Shown here: in pieces, positions 48,603-52,035 of the stretch
How the letters are laid out: every line of letters starts with the position of its first letter
Position numbering within the stretch: position 1 is the first letter of the stretch
Assembly: GCA_903851045.1 (NCBI GenBank)
Contig: CAINNF010000018.1
Coordinates: 69,925-121,959, forward strand
From: Candidatus Adlerbacteria bacterium
GTDB taxonomy: Bacteria > Patescibacteriota > Minisyncoccia > Phycocordibacterales > SBAW01
Length of the DNA stretch: 52,035 bases
Reading direction: 5' to 3'
Translations under genes and position numbers: made by a program
Notes under the pieces: generated by a model
Database searches by the model: none
What the model saw: the letters and a program-made list of their open reading frames with translations, nothing else
Told to the model about the DNA's origin: nothing

Positions 48603-49315
48603 GCACTATACCTTCATTCGATAGGTACACGATGCAGGCACGGCTGTTGCCGATGTTTGTTTTACTTTTACCACTCGGTCTTTTACTGCTTGCTTGGTAT
48701 CCGACAACTTCCGTCTGGCTCGACGCAATCGAGACACTTGGCCTGCCGGTCGTCTTGACCGCACTACTTTCCCAACTCGGCCGCGATCTCGGAAAGAAAA
48801 AAGAACCTGCACTCTTCGCGGAATGGGGTGGTATGCCAACAGATCGCATTCTCTCGTTCAGCAAGACCTTCTTGGATGGTGCAACCTTCGCACGTTACCG
48901 CGCAAAGCTCTCAGCGCTTCTCCCGTCGATGCAATTTCTCGACGAGGCTCAGGAAACAGCATCGCCTGAAGGCGCGCTGCAAGTTTTCCGGACTTGCACC
49001 AACTTTCTGCGCGAAAAGACACGCGATCATGGCAATTTTGCTCTGATTTTTGCCGAGAATATAAACTACGGCTTCCGGCGCAACCTCTGGGCTATGCGAC
49101 CAGCAGGTATCACCATTTCCGCTCTAGCTACCATCGGTGCTGCATCATCAATTTTGCTTACACCAAACAATCCGATCTCGCCGCTCATCATCGTTGCAAT
49201 TTGCATCAATGCGTGTCTTTTCGTGTTTTGGGTACTACGCATCAACCGTAACTGGGTGCGTGTTCCGGCGGAAGAGTATGCAAAGCAGCTCTTTGCTGCT
49301 TGCGAGGTTTTGTAA
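48599..49315 (+). CDS. hypothetical 4-TM protein coupled to the MBL hydrolase
   Basis: ATGA overlap; 2 TM, soluble loop (WGGMPT...ENINYGFRRNL), 2 TM. Confidence 0.8.
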   Translation: MSTIPSFDRYTMQARLLPMFVLLLPLGLLLLAWYPTTSVWLDAIETLGLPVVLTALLSQLGRDLGKKKEPALFAEWGGMPTDRILSFSKTFLDGATFARYRAKLSALLPSMQFLDEAQETASPEGALQVFRTCTNFLREKTRDHGNFALIFAENINYGFRRNLWAMRPAGITISALATIGAASSILLTPNNPISPLIIVAICINACLFVFWVLRINRNWVRVPAEEYAKQLFAACEVL

Positions 49316-49316
49316 A

Positions 49317-49409
49317 TCACTTTGCTAAAATAGCCTCAAGCGTTTGGATGTCCGAAGGAAGCAAACTGCTGTATTTACTGAGTTCTGAAAGCCAAGTAAA
49401 CTGGTCACA
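49317..49409 (-). other. displaced recombinase C-terminal tail at attR (CDQFTWLSELSKYSSLLPSDIQTLEAILAK*)
   Basis: Begins TGT GAC in the same frame as the recombinase at the left core; stop codon lies 1 nt from the stop of the convergent gene. Confidence 0.7.
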
Positions 49410-49543
49410 AATTTTTGGAGCTTATTTTGCAACGCCGTTTGGAGACCCCAAACGGGAAATTTTGAGCAGTTGGAACCAGAAACAGAAAACCCACCGAAGC
49501 GGGTTTTTCCGCTGGTGGGCTTGAGACCGACCAAACATATGGA

Positions 49544-49924
49544 CTATATTAGAAGCTCGAAAGTTCCTTCAATGAAGTTGGGAACTTCACTTGAACCCGG
49601 ACCAATCGGAACATCACTGAAGTATATGGTCCACTGAGGGGGAAGGATTTTGCCCAGATGGTTGGGCTCGCTCTCGAAATGGAGCCAGGACGGACCGCGC
49701 GATCTACTTAGATCGCGCAATGGCAAGGCGGCACTCGTGAGCCAAAAGCTCGTTGCCGCCTCACCCTCAAAGGCGTGCACTTTTAGGCCGTCGATTCGGC
49801 CGACCACTCGATAAGCCGTCCCTTCTGCGCTCCAGTTAAAGGCGAAGATTCTTCCGATGCACTCTGCCTCGGAAGGTAAGCCAGCTTTTGGCAGTAGATT
49901 TGCCAATTGTTGTGAGAGAAACAC
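49544..49924 (-). CDS. hypothetical protein (cassette cargo)
   Basis: GTG start with SD AAGGAG; TTGACA-N17-TAAAAT at 49990-49962. Confidence 0.7.
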   Translation of the reverse strand: MFLSQQLANLLPKAGLPSEAECIGRIFAFNWSAEGTAYRVVGRIDGLKVHAFEGEAATSFWLTSAALPLRDLSRSRGPSWLHFESEPNHLGKILPPQWTIYFSDVPIGPGSSEVPNFIEGTFELLI

Positions 49925-50004
49925 GGAAATGCTCCTTTCTTTGTTGAAGAACCTAAAATCTATTTTATAATAATATTATATAATTGTCAATATTAAAATA
50001 CATT

Positions 50005-50104
50005 CTAAACTAAGGCTTTTTCGGCATCAAAAAGCTTTCCAAACTCCTGCCACTGATATAACTCCCGCACCAACTGGTTCCAATTAGCACTAACTTGGGT
50101 CACA
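50005..50104 (-). other. orphan C-terminal tail 2 starting at GGGTCACA core (VTQVSANWNQLVRELYQWQEFGK...)
   Basis: 21/31 aa identical to the tail at 51759-51854; similarity stops exactly at the tRNA-derived core. Confidence 0.7.
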
Positions 50105-50156
50105 CCGACTTTCGAAAACGAGCTCCGCTTTTCAAGCGGGGCCATTTTCGTTCGGT

Positions 50157-50305
50157 GTGACCTAAGCAGGCAATCTGCATTGCCTGCGTTGGGGAATCGA
50201 AAGACGGAGCGTTGCCAAGTCAGCAGACTTGGCCGCGAGTCGGGGTCGCGAAAATTCCGAAGCGACGGCGAGGAATTATTTGTGACCGATCCCCATAGGG
50301 TCACA
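50157..50305. repeat. palindromic element bounded by inverted copies of the tRNA-Glu 3' end
   Basis: TCCCCATAGGGTCACA (50290-50305) equals 39601-39616; inverted copy GTGACCTA..TGGGGAATCGAA (50157-50201) is interrupted by a 9-bp hairpin. Confidence 0.75.
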
Positions 50306-50379
50306 GAGTTTGACTTTTAATATCTTAGTGTTATATTTTATTCGGTTGAAATAGCTCACAGCTTCATAGAGAGGCTTCG

Positions 50380-50916
50380 ATGGAACGCAGTAAAATCGTT
50401 GCGGTTGCACAAAAGGTAGACGGACAGCCGGTCATCTTCTCGCCACCAACTGAGCGTGTGCTCGGTCGGCAGGTGCTGGAGTGGTCGGGTTACTGTGGCA
50501 CCTACGGGCAAGGGGGGCCGGGATTCTTTGGCCTGCGCCTCGCTGCAACTGGTGTGTACCCGGAAGAGTGGCTCATACTTCGCCTCTGGAGTGCGAACGA
50601 CTGGTTGAACGTGAATGGGCATTGGCTCGGTGCGAATCCTGGCCAGTACACCGACGCTACCCAGCCACTCTACTCTAACTTCCACGGGGCAAAGTGGGAC
50701 AGGTTCACCCCGCTGGTCACCAACCAGAGGATTACGAAATTCGACGTCCAAAAACGGACGCTCGACATCGAGATCGGCGACGCCAAGATCGTGCTGACCG
50801 AGGACCCGACCACACGCCCGATCTACGCTGGCACGCAAGAGCCACGCACACTCTCGCCAGGCGACGACCTACGTGAGGCGTGGATCATCGCCGCCGCACC
50901 CTGGGTCCGCGTCTAA
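50380..50916 (+). CDS. hypothetical protein (cassette cargo)
   Basis: 178 aa, SD GAGAGG, TTGACT-N16-TATATT upstream; GTYG.GGPGFFG motif. Confidence 0.75.
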   Translation: MERSKIVAVAQKVDGQPVIFSPPTERVLGRQVLEWSGYCGTYGQGGPGFFGLRLAATGVYPEEWLILRLWSANDWLNVNGHWLGANPGQYTDATQPLYSNFHGAKWDRFTPLVTNQRITKFDVQKRTLDIEIGDAKIVLTEDPTTRPIYAGTQEPRTLSPGDDLREAWIIAAAPWVRV

Positions 50917-51155
50917 AACCAAAAAGTCCCGCATTTTTCGCAGGACCGCTTTCTTTTGTTCACGCGGCAGTATCCAACCACCCAGCACGACCCCTCCCCG
51001 GGTCGTGCTCTTTTCTTACATATTATTCTTCCCGTGTCCCTCCATCCACCAGCTAAATATGACAACACAAAAAAGCTAAATTAATCGGACTCCCCAATTC
51101 CCCTCAATTTCCAAAAGAAAAAGCCGCCGCGTGAGCGGTCGGCTTTGCGAGGCAA

Positions 51156-51716
51156 TTACGCCCCTTTTTCTTTTGGAAGGCTTTTGACAAGCGCATCTTT
51201 TACGGCGCGTTGGGCCTCTTCGGGAGATTTCACGCAAGTGGTCGTCTCTTTGCCCGATTGCATATCGATGTGGGTGAAGGTGACACCGCACCAACTGCTC
51301 ACAAGCCAGTACTCGATAGCGTTGAGTATGGCACTCGGCAGGTCCATGAACCAGCCTTTGAGGAAGCGGTCGAGACAGAACCAGCTCCATGGCCAGATAA
51401 TGGCGCCGAGTAGGTTTCCGCCGACGTCCTTCCATCCTTTGTGTCTGAGATGAGAACTGAGGCTCTGCATCCCCACGCAGCAGTGCTGGAAGGAGAAGGT
51501 GGTGAGGAAAGCGAAGGTGAAAATACCCAACCCCGCGTAGACCTTCCAAGCAACTGCGAGATAGGCGAATGCCGCTGAGACTTCAAACCCCCAGCCAGCG
51601 ACCGCCGCTGCGACAATACTTGCAGCGAACAGCAGACCGAGGTAGTGCAGGAACACCAGCGCGAGAACGAAGGGGAGGGCGACCAGCCCCAGCACCCTCA
51701 AAAGGACTTTCTTCAT
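51156..51716 (-). CDS. hypothetical membrane protein (cassette cargo)
   Basis: ATG 51716 with SD GGAGGA; several TM segments; TTGACA-N17-TATTGT overlapping tail 3. Confidence 0.7.
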   Translation of the reverse strand: MKKVLLRVLGLVALPFVLALVFLHYLGLLFAASIVAAAVAGWGFEVSAAFAYLAVAWKVYAGLGIFTFAFLTTFSFQHCCVGMQSLSSHLRHKGWKDVGGNLLGAIIWPWSWFCLDRFLKGWFMDLPSAILNAIEYWLVSSWCGVTFTHIDMQSGKETTTCVKSPEEAQRAVKDALVKSLPKEKGA

Positions 51717-51758
51717 CAGTCGTCTCCTCCAATGAATGCTGGTAGTACAATAAAGCAC

Positions 51759-51855
51759 CTAAAGCACTTTGTCAACTTCTAACATCTTCCCAAAACGTTG
51801 CCATTGGTACAGCTCTGTCACTAACTGGTTCCAGTTCTGTCCCACTTGGGTCACA
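51759..51855 (-). other. orphan C-terminal tail 3 starting at GGGTCACA core (VTQVGQNWNQLVTELYQWQRFGK...)
   Basis: Homologous to 50005-50103 with many synonymous substitutions. Confidence 0.7.
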
Positions 51856-52035
51856 AAAAGACACACAACCTGCACTGCCGCAGGACCACAAAAAGAATGA
51901 CCTCCTCCCCGGGCGTTGCCCGGGGTTTCCTTTTGCGGCATGAGGACCTAGAACAAGCGGGCACTTTGTGGTTGCTCTTTGCGACCCTGCCACGCTATGT
52001 ATCGTTTGACCTGTGTCTCGTTGAGTCCCACGGTA

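Larger units (their letters stand above)
39610..49410. mobile_element. integrated serine-recombinase element (defence island) at tRNA-Glu
   Basis: Direct repeat GGTCACAA at 39610-39617 and 49403-49410; recombinase at left end; visibly more AT-rich than flanks; defence-type cargo. Confidence 0.8.

Noticed and set aside
39610-49410. Island as a prophage or conjugative element
   Set aside because: No structural, packaging, lysis, relaxase or T4SS genes are recognisable.
50005-50304. 99-aa ORF running from one att core to the next
   Set aside because: Its first two thirds cross a palindromic element and look non-coding; only the last 32 codons show conservation.
50290-50305. 16-bp duplicate of the tRNA-Glu 3' end as attR of the main island
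   Set aside because: It is the longest direct repeat, but it forms one arm of a separate palindromic element, and excision there would give only a 4-aa new tail (IGHK). The 49403 core gives an in-frame, tightly packed tail. Disfavoured, not excluded.
50005-51855. Two similar ~100-nt segments as a DGR template/variable repeat pair or CRISPR repeats
   Set aside because: Differences are not adenine-specific, there is no reverse transcriptase or cas gene, and there is no regular repeat-spacer period anywhere in the window.
1-52035. Alternative genetic code (TGA=Gly as in Gracilibacteria/Absconditabacteria)
   Set aside because: Conserved genes are full-length under code 11 and several end at TGA (cydA, dprA, the MBL hydrolase).

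Overview
Bacterial chromosome segment, most likely from a Patescibacteria/CPR (Parcubacteria-like) genome. That assignment is inferred from gene content, short intergenic spaces and many small ORFans; the standard code is used, with TGA as stop. Positions 1-39.5 kb are mostly housekeeping: valS 3' end, prsW, hsp20, lepA, murJ, rnpB, mscL, dnaX, dus, ftsQ-like, serS, dprA, zwf, rmuC, yqeY, mpg and five tRNAs. They are interspersed with a cytochrome bd oxidase operon (cydAB), ORFans carrying their own promoters, and palindromic elements inserted in-frame into lepA, dus and dprA and inside RNase P RNA. From tRNA-Glu(CTC) at 39543 to the end is an integration hotspot. A ~9.8 kb large-serine-recombinase element carries AIPR, a C5 methyltransferase with a small putative restriction nuclease, an MBL-fold hydrolase/membrane protein pair and a highly structured candidate RNA. 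Its recombinase gene appears split by its own att site: the integrated form ends in antisense tRNA, and an alternative in-frame C-terminal tail sits at the far end of the element. Two further small cargo cassettes follow in tandem, each ending in a homologous orphan C-terminal tail plus the tRNA-derived GGTCACA core, giving a tRNA-anchored, integron-like cassette array. Many core genes have a -10 box 6-9 nt before the start codon, suggesting leaderless mRNAs.
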